Part shown: positions 50,033 through 59,895 of the stretch, in pieces
Layout: each line of letters starts with the position of its first letter
Numbering within the stretch: position 1 is the stretch's first letter
Made by a program: the position numbers and the translations under genes
Notes under the pieces: generated by a model
The model's database searches: none
What the model was told of the DNA's origin: nothing
What the model saw: only the letters and a program-made list of their open reading frames with translations
Assembly (NCBI GenBank): GCA_041688155.1
Contig: JBDNIW010000003.1
Span: 5,555 to 69,554 of the forward strand
Reading direction: 5' to 3'
Length of the DNA: 64,000 nucleotides
Source of the DNA: Minisyncoccota bacterium
Lineage (GTDB): Bacteria > Patescibacteriota > Minisyncoccia > Phycocordibacterales > UBA918

Positions 50033-50134
50033 ACAACTGTGGTGTGCCTGGCAACTATGCTCTGGCACACCACCTCTAATATTCTTGTGTACATTGGTGT
50101 AGGTAAGAATATTAAGAGGTTAACTACTATCATT

Positions 50135-52723
50135 ATGATTTCAATTAAAAATATTTTCACTTTTACTATTTTAGGCTTCTTTGCACTGGTCATTTTTGCG
50201 ACACCGGTGACTGTCTCAGATTTTACCTTCGACATGGCAACTGTGGCTGCGTGGGGTTCTGGTGGAACGAGTGATGGAGGTTCAGGTGGAGGTTCAGGTG
50301 GGGACGGCTGTGGTGGTTGTGGTTCAACTCCAACACCAACTCCAACTCCAACACCAACTCCGCAACCTCCGCAAAATGATCCAAAGTGTGAAGATTCAGC
50401 GGCTAACAACACGGGCGGTAATCTACCGTGTACCTATCCGGCACCTACACCAACCTGTGAATCATTTGCAATTACGCAAACCAATGTAGCTCCAGGAGCA
50501 AATCTTACTTTCAACTGGCAAACATCGAACGCCACCAATGTTTCAATCAACGGTATTGGCCCAGTAGCAGTTGACGGGGTGAACCAAACCTTCACCGCTC
50601 CAAATACTGATGGTACCTACACCTACCGACTGACGTTTGACGGCAAAACTAATGCTTCATGTGTTGACACTGTGATTGTGAAGACGACGGTCGTACAACC
50701 ACCTACACCACTATGTTTGAGCTTCACTGGTAGCAAAACAACCATCACCCGAGGTGAAAGTCTCACGCTCAACTGGAATACAGCAAATGCTACCCAGATT
50801 CTCATCAACAACGCAGTTGGCGATGTTACTGACGTCGTGAGTAAAAGTAAAGAAGTATCACCTCTGGCTGACACGACCTACAATCTGACGGTGATTGGTG
50901 CGGCTGGTACTACACCTGATCGAACTTGTAACGTTCCGGTGATTGTAACCACACCACCGACTCCAACTACTCCAGCTATTGACATCGTCAAGCGTGACGC
51001 CATCGACAAAAACGACACTCAGACCGTAGCGGTTGGAGGAACTGCTCAGTTTGAAATCGTCGTGACCAACACTGGTAACGAAAACCTGGTCAACGTTGTT
51101 GTGACTGACCCGCTTGAGCCAGCTTGTAACCGAACTATCGGTGCGCTCGCTATCGGTGCTTCAGAGACTTACACCTGTAACTCAACCAACGTCCGAGCAG
51201 CCTTTATCAACATTGCTAACGTCACTGGTACATCAGCCGTCGATGCAGAAGTCGTGACTGATACTGACCCAACAAACGTCTTGATCACCAGTACGGCCGT
51301 GTTTACCTGTGCAAACAACGTGACGTTTAACGCGTCTGATACCTCTATCTCTCGTGGACAAAGTACGACTTTGAACTGGAGTACTACTAACGTTGACTCA
51401 CTGACTATCACTGGCCTCAACACCACTGCGCTGTCAGGTAACCAAACTGTTGCACCGTCAAATGACACTACCTACACCCTGAACGCAACTCAAAGTGGTA
51501 CAACTATCGCGTGTCCACTCAGTATCAACGTATCAACCGGTGGCGGAGGAGGCGGTGGCGGTGGAAGTTCCACTCCACGTTGTGAGCTAGAAATCTCTGA
51601 CAAAAACATCACCCTGGGAGAAGAAATCACCGTTAAGTGGGAGACAAGTAACGCAACTGAAGTCACCCTCAAAGATGACCGCGGCCGAGTACTATTTACC
51701 ACTGGCGAGTTCCTCAACCGAGACAAGCAGCAGTACTTCGACCACTCAATCAAATTTAAACCAACTCGAAACACTACCTACACCCTAGTAGCAGAACGAG
51801 GTTCACGTGACCGAGAATGTACCGTGAGTGTCAAGCTAGACGATACCATCGTCCTACTGCAAGTTCGTGACCAAGCGCCGCTCGTGTCAGGTATCTCACT
51901 AACGCAAGTGCCATACACTGGATTTGAAGCGGGGCCAGTCATGACCATTATGTTCTACATGCTGCTCGTGACCTGGGCTCTCTACATCACGTACGTACTC
52001 GTGATTCCCAAGACTCAGCTCGCAGTCGTAACGTCAAACACCCCAGCAACGCGGTCAAATGTTGACCTAATGGTAGCTGCTGAACAAGTGCGACCAGATG
52101 TGTTCGCTGCGATGGCGGCGCCAACTATGGCGACTGTCCCAGCCAACCTACCAGTTGCAATGCCAGTAGTGGCCGAAGTAGTCGACACCAACACCATCGA
52201 AAACCAAGCCCACGCTTTGCACGCCTTGATTTCAAGTGACGCGGTACGAACCATCTCTGGTATGACAAATGAGGAAAACCAAAGTGACGTTGTAGCTAAA
52301 ATCGTTGCGGACGCCAAAGGAGCGTTTCCACTAGAAGACGGTTGGGTGGTAATCAACCAATCACGACTAATGGAAATCATCGACACTACTACTCCAGTTG
52401 CGATGTCAGCTGCACCAACTGGTGCTGGGTCACTAGCGGAAGCTATCGTGACCGGCAACATCGTAGCGGCGTACCAGATGATTGGAACTCGACCAATGGT
52501 TGCCCTCGCTGACGCCGCGGCTGATCTAGACGCACTCTACCGCATCCGAAAAGGCGCAGACGCACAGGTGTCTGACCTGCTCGAAAGTGAGACAGCTAAC
52601 CTAGCAGACGAGCAAATCGCCGACATGATTGCTGCGCTCACTGGTGCCCTCGACGGAACCTATTCCGACGAAGCAGCAGCGGTTAAAATGGCTATCATGA
52701 AAGCCGTTAAGGTAGCCGCGTAG
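50135..52723 (+). CDS. large cell-surface protein: signal peptide, G/S and TP linkers, four or more Ig-like repeats, VPYTG-TM, 260-aa Ala-rich cytoplasmic tail
   Basis: Repeat signature (L/T)x(F/L)NW(Q/N/S/E)T(S/A/T)NA(T) x4; about 20 N-x-S/T sequons; (TP)n and Gly9 runs. Confidence 0.75.
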   Translation: MISIKNIFTFTILGFFALVIFATPVTVSDFTFDMATVAAWGSGGTSDGGSGGGSGGDGCGGCGSTPTPTPTPTPTPQPPQNDPKCEDSAANNTGGNLPCTYPAPTPTCESFAITQTNVAPGANLTFNWQTSNATNVSINGIGPVAVDGVNQTFTAPNTDGTYTYRLTFDGKTNASCVDTVIVKTTVVQPPTPLCLSFTGSKTTITRGESLTLNWNTANATQILINNAVGDVTDVVSKSKEVSPLADTTYNLTVIGAAGTTPDRTCNVPVIVTTPPTPTTPAIDIVKRDAIDKNDTQTVAVGGTAQFEIVVTNTGNENLVNVVVTDPLEPACNRTIGALAIGASETYTCNSTNVRAAFINIANVTGTSAVDAEVVTDTDPTNVLITSTAVFTCANNVTFNASDTSISRGQSTTLNWSTTNVDSLTITGLNTTALSGNQTVAPSNDTTYTLNATQSGTTIACPLSINVSTGGGGGGGGGSSTPRCELEISDKNITLGEEITVKWETSNATEVTLKDDRGRVLFTTGEFLNRDKQQYFDHSIKFKPTRNTTYTLVAERGSRDRECTVSVKLDDTIVLLQVRDQAPLVSGISLTQVPYTGFEAGPVMTIMFYMLLVTWALYITYVLVIPKTQLAVVTSNTPATRSNVDLMVAAEQVRPDVFAAMAAPTMATVPANLPVAMPVVAEVVDTNTIENQAHALHALISSDAVRTISGMTNEENQSDVVAKIVADAKGAFPLEDGWVVINQSRLMEIIDTTTPVAMSAAPTGAGSLAEAIVTGNIVAAYQMIGTRPMVALADAAADLDALYRIRKGADAQVSDLLESETANLADEQIADMIAALTGALDGTYSDEAAAVKMAIMKAVKVAA

Positions 52724-52813
52724 TAGACGCACGCGACCCAACCACAAACCGGTCGGCGCTCATTTGAGCGCCGACCGGTTTGTTTGTGCTTGATGTGCTA
52801 CCTCTCCGCCTTC

Positions 52814-54565
52814 TTATACGCTCGCTTCGGACTGTAATTTCACCAGTAGGTCAGTCACACTCATCGCGACCGACTCGCCCGTATCGCGCGACTCGACCGT
52901 CACGGTGTTGTTGGCGATATCGGTGTCACCGATAATCAGGAAGTAGGGAAGTCGATCCTTTTTCGCGTTGCGGACTTTTTTCCCCATCGAGTCATTGTGA
53001 GTATCGATGGTTGCTCTAAAGCCTGCGGTTTTAAGTTGGTCATACACATGTAGCGCGTATTGATTGTGTACTTCAGCCACGGGGATCACGGCGATTTGCT
53101 CGGGCGAAAGCCAGAGCGGAAAATTACCCGCAAAGTGCTCAATCATAATTGCCATAAACCGCTCGAGTGAACCCGCGATTGCCCGGTGAATCATAACTGG
53201 CGTTTGTTTGTTGCCTTCATGGTCGATATACTCCAATCCAAATCGTTCAGGCATGACAAAGTCGAGTTGAGCCGTGGCGAGCTGTCGCTCACGCCCAATC
53301 GCGTCAAAGAACATAAAGTCCAGCTTAGGTCCATAAAACGCCGCTTCGCCTTCGACTCGTTTGTACGGTAGTTCCAGCCGCTTAGCCACGTCTTCGAGCA
53401 TCGTCTCGGCCTTCGTCCAGTTGTCTTTGTCTCCTAGGTACTGGTCCGGATCATGAGGGTCGCTCACTGAGAGGGATACCCAGAATTTCCCCTCCTCGTA
53501 CATCCCTAAGGTCTGGTAGAACTCCTTGATCACGAGCACAATAGCTTCAACCTCTTGATCAATCTGATTAAAAGTACAAAACGCGTGGCCGTCGTCTTGG
53601 GTGATACTGCGCACGCGCCCCAGGCCGATGAGTTCACCTGCTTGCTCGTCGCGATATACCATAGTGGTCTCAGCGTAGCGGATGGGTAGTTCTTTATAGG
53701 TTCGTGGCTTGCTGGCAAAGATTTGGGTGTGGTGCGGGCAGTTCATTGGCTTCATGACAAACTCTGTGTCACTTTTTCCAGTCACTTTGAATAGCTCGTC
53801 GCCAAATTTTTCCCAGTGGCCTGACTTTTTATACAGGTCACTTTTGGTGATGTGGGGAATAGTGACTTTTTGGTAGCCGTACTTTGATTGGATGTCCGAG
53901 ATTTTATCGACAACCAAGTCCCGCATCATCGTACCTTTGGGGGTAAATAGCGGTAGCCCCGCTCCGACTAGTTCAGAGAACGTAAAGAGATCAAGCTCCT
54001 TACCGATTTTGCGATGGTCGCGTTTTTTGGCTTCGGCTAACTGGGTTTCGTAGGCAACCAGATCTTCCTTGGTATTGAACGCTAGTCCGTAAATCCGCGT
54101 CAACATCGGGTTTTTCTCATCACCTCGCCAGTACGCCCCAGCGATTTTGTCGAGTTTGAACGCGTCCATTGCCAGGTCAGCCTTAGGGTTGTCTACGTGC
54201 CCACCACGACACAGGTCGGTAAAATCACCGCATGTGTACAACGAAATTGCTTCACCCTTCGCTTCGATTTCATCAATCAATTCTAATTTGAACTGGTTAC
54301 CAACGAACCGTTCACGTGCTACGGCAGCTGTCACTTCCTCGTTGGTGAACTCTGTCCATTTATTCACCAATTTCTTCATCCCTTTCTGGATAGATTTCAA
54401 ATCTTCTTCCTTGGGAGATTCTCCCGTAGAAAAATCTATATCATAGTAAAACCCGTTATCAATCGCTGGACCAAGGGTCAGTTTGGCGTGTGGATATTGC
54501 TCCACCACCGCAGCTGCGAGCAGGTGAGCCAGAGTGTGTCGTTTGTGTTCAAGTTGTTGTTCCAT
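52814..54565 (-). CDS. thrS: threonine-tRNA ligase (lacks N-terminal TGS domain)
   Basis: Editing-domain His motif HTLAHLL, class II motifs; ORF extends to TTG at 54598. Confidence 0.9.
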   Translation of the reverse strand: MEQQLEHKRHTLAHLLAAAVVEQYPHAKLTLGPAIDNGFYYDIDFSTGESPKEEDLKSIQKGMKKLVNKWTEFTNEEVTAAVARERFVGNQFKLELIDEIEAKGEAISLYTCGDFTDLCRGGHVDNPKADLAMDAFKLDKIAGAYWRGDEKNPMLTRIYGLAFNTKEDLVAYETQLAEAKKRDHRKIGKELDLFTFSELVGAGLPLFTPKGTMMRDLVVDKISDIQSKYGYQKVTIPHITKSDLYKKSGHWEKFGDELFKVTGKSDTEFVMKPMNCPHHTQIFASKPRTYKELPIRYAETTMVYRDEQAGELIGLGRVRSITQDDGHAFCTFNQIDQEVEAIVLVIKEFYQTLGMYEEGKFWVSLSVSDPHDPDQYLGDKDNWTKAETMLEDVAKRLELPYKRVEGEAAFYGPKLDFMFFDAIGRERQLATAQLDFVMPERFGLEYIDHEGNKQTPVMIHRAIAGSLERFMAIMIEHFAGNFPLWLSPEQIAVIPVAEVHNQYALHVYDQLKTAGFRATIDTHNDSMGKKVRNAKKDRLPYFLIIGDTDIANNTVTVESRDTGESVAMSVTDLLVKLQSEASV

Positions 54566-54598
54566 AATGTGTACGTAAGTTATTAAAAAATCGCCCAA

Positions 54599-54800
54599 GT
54601 GAATACGTGAAAAATCACCTACTCACTCGGACGATCTTGCTCGCGGTTCCACCGAGTTTCTGCGTTGGTATGCCAAGCAGCTCTCCATTAAACAGATTAG
54701 ATGGTATCCCATACATCTCCCCGGGGCTACCCTAGGGAAAACTGTGTCGGCGGTTGGTAAGCGCCACAATCTCTGTGTATGTATCGTACAGCGCACGCTC
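54599..54800 (-). promoter_or_regulatory. candidate T-box leader of thrS
   Basis: Minus strand carries AAACUCGGUGGAACCGCGAG (T-box core GGUGGNACCGCG) 45 nt upstream of the ORF; upstream hairpin GGCG-CUUACCAAC-CGCC exposes ACC (Thr codon). Confidence 0.45.
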
Positions 54801-54850
54801 TAATTTGGCAAACAAAAACCGCGCCGTAGATACGGCGCGGATTCGAACAT

Positions 54851-55291
54851 TTACACCATACTAAGTTCGACCCAGCCACAGAAAGCTCGGAAGTCGGATC
54901 TCTTTGATCCAGCAGAAATACCTTTTGTAAAACATAGCTCGATTTGACCTGTACCTAAATCAAAACTTGATCTGATAAAGTCATGTTTGAGAACGGTTAA
55001 AGCCATCACTTCAATTTTTTTTTGCTGAAACTGAAGTTTTGCAACCTCCGAGTTTATCGGTTTTCGAATATTTCCGTTTGCTTCTCGAATTCCAACGTGG
55101 TACCAAACTGCACCGGAATCTTTTGGCTGGCAGAAAAAATAAAGACCAAGTTGCATGTTGTCCTCCTGTAGGTTGCGTACTTGCAATTGCGAGTACGAGT
55201 TTTTCTTTGCAAACGCAAGCAGCTTATTGAGCCTTGACCTGTACAAGCCCCAAAAATCTCGTATACTATAATCATTATGACTACAGCCCAA
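54851..55291 (-). CDS. hypothetical protein (low-GC islet)
   Basis: 146-aa ORF followed on minus strand by terminator CCGCGCCGTATCTACGGCGCGG-TTTTT (54808-54836). Confidence 0.35.
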   Translation of the reverse strand: MGCSHNDYSIRDFWGLYRSRLNKLLAFAKKNSYSQLQVRNLQEDNMQLGLYFFCQPKDSGAVWYHVGIREANGNIRKPINSEVAKLQFQQKKIEVMALTVLKHDFIRSSFDLGTGQIELCFTKGISAGSKRSDFRAFCGWVELSMV

Positions 55292-55486
55292 GCATTGCGA
55301 AAAATAGACAAACTCGAGCGAGAACTCGCGGCTGTTAAGGCGGAATTCCTGGCTGATATTCCGTATGATGATGAGTTGTCAGATGAGTTTCAAAAAAAGC
55401 TTGATCGAATTGCTAAAGAGCCGGCCATGGCGACGTACGCTGGTCCTGGCAGTTTAGAGAAATTGATTGCTGAGCATGCAAGTTAG
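55277..55486 (+). CDS. type II antitoxin (coiled-coil, Phd/YefM-like)
   Basis: 69 aa, overlaps downstream toxin start; -10 TATACT 8 nt upstream. Confidence 0.5.
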   Translation: MTTAQALRKIDKLERELAAVKAEFLADIPYDDELSDEFQKKLDRIAKEPAMATYAGPGSLEKLIAEHAS

Positions 55487-55739
55487 GCTGGCAAAAGAAT
55501 TTCTAAAAAGTGTCAAGCGGCTACCGATATCGGTGCGCAGTAAAACTGAGGTGCAGATTATTTTGTTGAGCATTGACCAAGAGCATCCTTATTTACATAC
55601 GAAAAAGTTGCAAGGTAAGCCATCTCGTCATTCGTGTCGGGTAGGGAGAGAATATCGCATTTTGTTTGAAATACACGACACGTATATCTATTGTCTCTAT
55701 GTTGCTCACCGCAAAGATATCTACAAGAAGCTACGTTAA
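55476..55739 (+). CDS. RelE/ParE-family toxin
   Basis: C-terminal ...GREYRILFEIHDTYIYCLYVAHRKDIYKKL. Confidence 0.6.
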   Translation: MQVRLAKEFLKSVKRLPISVRSKTEVQIILLSIDQEHPYLHTKKLQGKPSRHSCRVGREYRILFEIHDTYIYCLYVAHRKDIYKKLR

Positions 55740-58700
55740 TTGATACTGGTTGCTGCTGGAGGTCCATCCAACAGTTTCATCTTGTCGACCAGAATACTTG
55801 GTTCGTCGTTGCGGATATTGAGTTTGCCTTTGATGGCGACACAGGTACCAGGGACGAGTAAGTTGCGGTACGTCTCAAAGCACTCAGGGAAGGTGACTAG
55901 TTCCATTGATTCGTCTTTGGAGACCAGCTGCACGAAAGCCATTTTGTCGCCTTTTTTGGTGATCAACTCGCGGACGGTTTCAATCATGCCGGCGGTCACC
56001 ACCGGGACGCCTTGGCGACCATCGCTCTTGACGATTGCTAGTGGGGTACGTTTTTTGACTTCTTCTACAAACTGATCAAGTGGGTGGCCTGATACGTAGA
56101 TACCAAGTAAATCTTTTTCCCAGATTAGTTTCTGTTCCTGACTAATTGTATCGGTTGGATACAGCGTCAATCCACCGACTTCCTCTATGCCGCCAAACAA
56201 CGAATCTTGGTTGGCGGCTTTACCGGCCACTTGTTCGCGGTTGTATGACAATAGAACTTCAAGGTTGCCATACAGATGACTGCGCTGCTCAAACCGGTCA
56301 AACGCGCCGGTGCAGATCAGCGCCTCAAGGGATTTTTTGTTTAGCCCGCGATCATGGATGCGGGTGAGGAAATCTTGCATCGATTCAAACGTACCGTTTG
56401 ATTTACGTTCGTCAATGATGATCTCCGCAATCCCAGCGCCAAAGTTTTTGATAGTAGTTAATCCAAATCGGATAGTCTGCGTGCCAGGTACAACCGAGAA
56501 ATCAGCAAATGACTCGTTGATATCAGGTGGCAAAACGTCAATTCCCATACGCTCGCACTCATGAATGGTGGCGTAGATGCGCTCGGTGTCACCACTATCA
56601 GCGGTTAATACCGCCGACATATACTCAACTGGAAAGTTGGCTTTCATGTATGCGGTCTGGTAGGCGACGCGGCCGTATGATGCGGCGTGGGCTTTGTTAA
56701 ACCCGTAGGCGGCAAACGGCTCGATCAGCGCCCAGAGCTGTTCGGCTTTTTGCGCGGTCATACCGTTGTCGATGAGTCCTTGGAACAGCTTGTCTTTCTC
56801 GGCGGCCATAACTTCGGGAATTTTCTTCCCCATCGCTTTGCGGAGTTTGTCAGCCTCGAGCCAGCTGTACCCAGCGAGTTTGATTGAGGTCATCATGACA
56901 TCATCCTGGTAGGTGATTACGCCGTACGACCGGTCAAGAATGTCTTCGAGGCGCGGGTCGAGAAATGTCACCAGACTAGGGTTATGCTTCCGCTCGATGT
57001 ACTGCGGAATCATTTCCATTGGGCCGGGGCGATAGAGCGCTACCATCGCGTTGATGTCGTGGATGGTTGAGGGTTTGAGTTGCTTGAGGAACGACGTCAT
57101 CCCCGTTCCGTTGAGCTGGAACAGACCCATCGTCTCGCCGCGGGCGAGCATTTCAAACGTGAGGGTGTCATCAAGCGGAATGTTTTCGATGTCGACGTCC
57201 ACATTGCGGATTTTCTTCACGCGCTTGACCGCATCGGCCAAGATAGCCAGGTTTTTGATTCCCAGGAAGTCGAATTTAAGCAGACCAACGCCGTCTTCAC
57301 CCACGCTGTGCATCTCGTACTGGGTGACAAATTTACCAGTTTTCGAGTCGGGTTGGATGGGGACGTATTGGTTGAGCGGGACGGGCGAAATAACCACCCC
57401 GGCGGCGTGCACGCCGATGTGTCTGACGCGTCCCTCGATTTGTTTGGCGAGGTCGATGACTTCACGGCTCTCGGCGTCTTTTTTATACAGCTCCGCCAGT
57501 TCTTTCTCCTCGACCAGCGCCCGGTCGATAGTCATTGGGAACCCTTGAGCACCCAGTGGAATCAGTTTTGAGATGCGGTCGCCGGTACTGTAGGCGTGCC
57601 CGAGCGCTCTCGCTACGTCACGCACGGCGGCTTTGGCAGCCATGGTTCCAAACGTTCCAATCTGTGCCACTTTATCTTCACCATACTTCTGCTTGGCGTA
57701 TTCGATGATTTCATCCCGCCGGTTATCGGCAAAATCCATATCAATATCAGGCGCTGATGGTCGCTCGGGGTTGAGGAATCGCTCAAAGGGGAGTTTGTAC
57801 TCGAGTGGGTCTACGTTGGTGATCCCGAGCACGTAGGTTGTGAGTGACCCAGCGACCGACCCACGAATAGTGGTGAGGATGCCACGCGCGCGGGCTTCCC
57901 GCAGCAAGTCACCTACCACCAAGAAATACTTGGCGTAGCCTTTCATTTTGATAACCTCGAGCTCGTAGTCGAGGCGAGTCTTTACCTCGGCGTCAGCAAT
58001 GTCCATGCCACGCCAGGTCACGCCTTCATACGCCGTGATCTGCAGTTCATCATCTGGCTCCCGTCCACTCTCGATGATGTAGTCGGGGAACACCCAGGCG
58101 TCTTGCCCCAGGGTGATTTCGACATTGCATTGCTCAGCGATTTTGACCGTATTGGCGAGTGCCTCGGGAGTATCTGCAAACCACTCTTTCATCTGGGCCT
58201 GGGTGGTAAAGGCAAAATTCTCCGCGCCGTCGTGGTTTGACGCGGTATCAACCACGCCACCACTTTGGATTTTGATCATGGTCTCGCGGGCCAGGTGGTC
58301 TTCTGGCTTCATATAATAGACGTCGTGCGCAGCCACCAGCGGCGTGTTGGTTGCTTTGGCTAGCGCTTTGATTTTGTCCTGGTTCTCGCTATGGCCAAAT
58401 ATCTCGGGGTGGTGTGTAATCTCGAGGTAGCAGTCATCGCCAAAAGTACTCTTGTACCAGTCGAGCCTCTCCGCTGCCCGCTCGGGTAGGCTGTCTTTGA
58501 GCGCCTGGGCAACTTCACCCGCAAACGACGGGATGATACAAATCAGGTCTGCTTTATTTTGCGCGAGCAACTCGTCATCAATCCGGCCTTTGTAGTAGAA
58601 CCCTTCGGTGTTTGATTTGGTGACCAACTCAATCAGGTTCTGGTATCCCTTAAATGTCTTGGCGAGTAGCACTAGTCTCGACCGCGGGCGGTCAGTCGGG

Positions 58701-58969
58701 TTTTCTTTATCAAACCGCGTGCGCGGTGCAAGGTACGCATCGAGACCAATGATGGGTTTGATCCCGCTGTACCCACATTGCTGGTAGAAATCAATCACCC
58801 CGTACATCGCCCCCGCATCAGTAATAGCCATCGCCGCTTGACCGTCGGCCACCACGGCCGCCACTAATTCTTTGGGTGTTGGTACCGCTTGCAATAGGGA
58901 ATACATCGAGTGCGTGTGCAGGTGCACAAACTCAGTTGGTAGGGGAGAAGACTTGGGCGTTTCTGACAT
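55736..58969 (-). CDS. dnaE: DNA polymerase III alpha subunit
   Basis: PHP domain, palm/fingers, OB-fold C-terminus; 1077 aa. Confidence 0.95.
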   Translation of the reverse strand: MSETPKSSPLPTEFVHLHTHSMYSLLQAVPTPKELVAAVVADGQAAMAITDAGAMYGVIDFYQQCGYSGIKPIIGLDAYLAPRTRFDKENPTDRPRSRLVLLAKTFKGYQNLIELVTKSNTEGFYYKGRIDDELLAQNKADLICIIPSFAGEVAQALKDSLPERAAERLDWYKSTFGDDCYLEITHHPEIFGHSENQDKIKALAKATNTPLVAAHDVYYMKPEDHLARETMIKIQSGGVVDTASNHDGAENFAFTTQAQMKEWFADTPEALANTVKIAEQCNVEITLGQDAWVFPDYIIESGREPDDELQITAYEGVTWRGMDIADAEVKTRLDYELEVIKMKGYAKYFLVVGDLLREARARGILTTIRGSVAGSLTTYVLGITNVDPLEYKLPFERFLNPERPSAPDIDMDFADNRRDEIIEYAKQKYGEDKVAQIGTFGTMAAKAAVRDVARALGHAYSTGDRISKLIPLGAQGFPMTIDRALVEEKELAELYKKDAESREVIDLAKQIEGRVRHIGVHAAGVVISPVPLNQYVPIQPDSKTGKFVTQYEMHSVGEDGVGLLKFDFLGIKNLAILADAVKRVKKIRNVDVDIENIPLDDTLTFEMLARGETMGLFQLNGTGMTSFLKQLKPSTIHDINAMVALYRPGPMEMIPQYIERKHNPSLVTFLDPRLEDILDRSYGVITYQDDVMMTSIKLAGYSWLEADKLRKAMGKKIPEVMAAEKDKLFQGLIDNGMTAQKAEQLWALIEPFAAYGFNKAHAASYGRVAYQTAYMKANFPVEYMSAVLTADSGDTERIYATIHECERMGIDVLPPDINESFADFSVVPGTQTIRFGLTTIKNFGAGIAEIIIDERKSNGTFESMQDFLTRIHDRGLNKKSLEALICTGAFDRFEQRSHLYGNLEVLLSYNREQVAGKAANQDSLFGGIEEVGGLTLYPTDTISQEQKLIWEKDLLGIYVSGHPLDQFVEEVKKRTPLAIVKSDGRQGVPVVTAGMIETVRELITKKGDKMAFVQLVSKDESMELVTFPECFETYRNLLVPGTCVAIKGKLNIRNDEPSILVDKMKLLDGPPAATSIN

Positions 58970-58987
58970 ATTGGGTAGTATAGCAAA

Positions 58988-59575
58988 ATGAAATACATCG
59001 TGGGTGTGGATGAAGCGGGCCGGGGGCCACTGGCGGGACCAGTAACCGTGGGATTGGTCAAAATTCCAGCTGATTTTGATTGGGCGCTCGTGCCTGGGGT
59101 GCGGGATTCTAAGAAAATCAGCGAGAAGAAACGGGAGGTTATTTATAAACTAGTGCTGGAGTTATACGTGGCAAAGAAGCTGTCGTACGTGGTCAAGTCA
59201 GTGTCGGCGGCTTCGATTGATAGTAAAGGGATTGCGCCGGCGATACGGCGGGCGATTGCAGCGGGAATGAGTGATCTAGAGTGTGACCCGGCTGATACGT
59301 TTATCAAACTCGACGGGTCGCTGCGCGCACCAGCAGAGTTTACCCAGGAAACCATCATCAAAGGCGACGACAAAGAGCAGGTGATTGGCCTCGCGTCCAT
59401 CATGGCCAAAGTCACCCGCGATCGATACATGGTGCAGCAGGACGCTCAGTACCCCAAATACGGCTTTGCCGCTCACAAAGGCTACGGCACTAAGTCACAC
59501 ATGGCTGCGATAGCGAGCCACGGCTTCACACCTATCCACCGCCGCAGCTATTGCAAAAACATCCAATTGTTGTAG
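58988..59575 (+). CDS. rnhB: ribonuclease HII
   Basis: MKYIVGVDEAGRGPLAGPV. Confidence 0.9.
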   Translation: MKYIVGVDEAGRGPLAGPVTVGLVKIPADFDWALVPGVRDSKKISEKKREVIYKLVLELYVAKKLSYVVKSVSAASIDSKGIAPAIRRAIAAGMSDLECDPADTFIKLDGSLRAPAEFTQETIIKGDDKEQVIGLASIMAKVTRDRYMVQQDAQYPKYGFAAHKGYGTKSHMAAIASHGFTPIHRRSYCKNIQLL

Positions 59576-59605
59576 AATGATTTTAAGTCAAAAAGGAGAG
59601 GAAAA

Positions 59606-59833
59606 TTGAGCAAAAGCAAAGTTAAGAAAATGTCCCATGGGTGCCGCCACTGCCCTGAGCGTGAAGATGAGCGCTGCCCACATGGAGGCAATGTGTACAA
59701 CGGTGTGAAAAAGTGGATTGACTGCCAAAGAAAACCGGCAGTTATAGCTGCAGAACCATTCCTTGGGAAACCTAAGACTTCACAAGAGTTGGTGGTAGAA
59801 GCCAGAGCAGCAAGAAAGACGCAGGTCAAGTAA
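59606..59833 (+). CDS. small Cys-rich (zinc-ribbon-like) basic protein
   Basis: TTG start 7 nt after SD AGGAGAGG; CxxC...CPHGG...C; followed by two hairpin terminators. Confidence 0.5.
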   Translation: MSKSKVKKMSHGCRHCPEREDERCPHGGNVYNGVKKWIDCQRKPAVIAAEPFLGKPKTSQELVVEARAARKTQVK

Positions 59834-59895
59834 AACAAAGACCCGATCTTCGAAGGCGGGTCTCAGTACTTTAATTTGGCCAGCATGGCTACCGG

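Noticed and set aside
50283-51567. Short tandem DNA repeats (GGTTCAGGTGGA x2, ACACCAACTCCA-type TP repeats, a GGN x9 run) as a possible CRISPR or regulatory array
   Set aside because: They lie in-frame inside the surface-protein gene and encode GSGG, TPTP and Gly9 linkers. No spacer-repeat periodicity was found.
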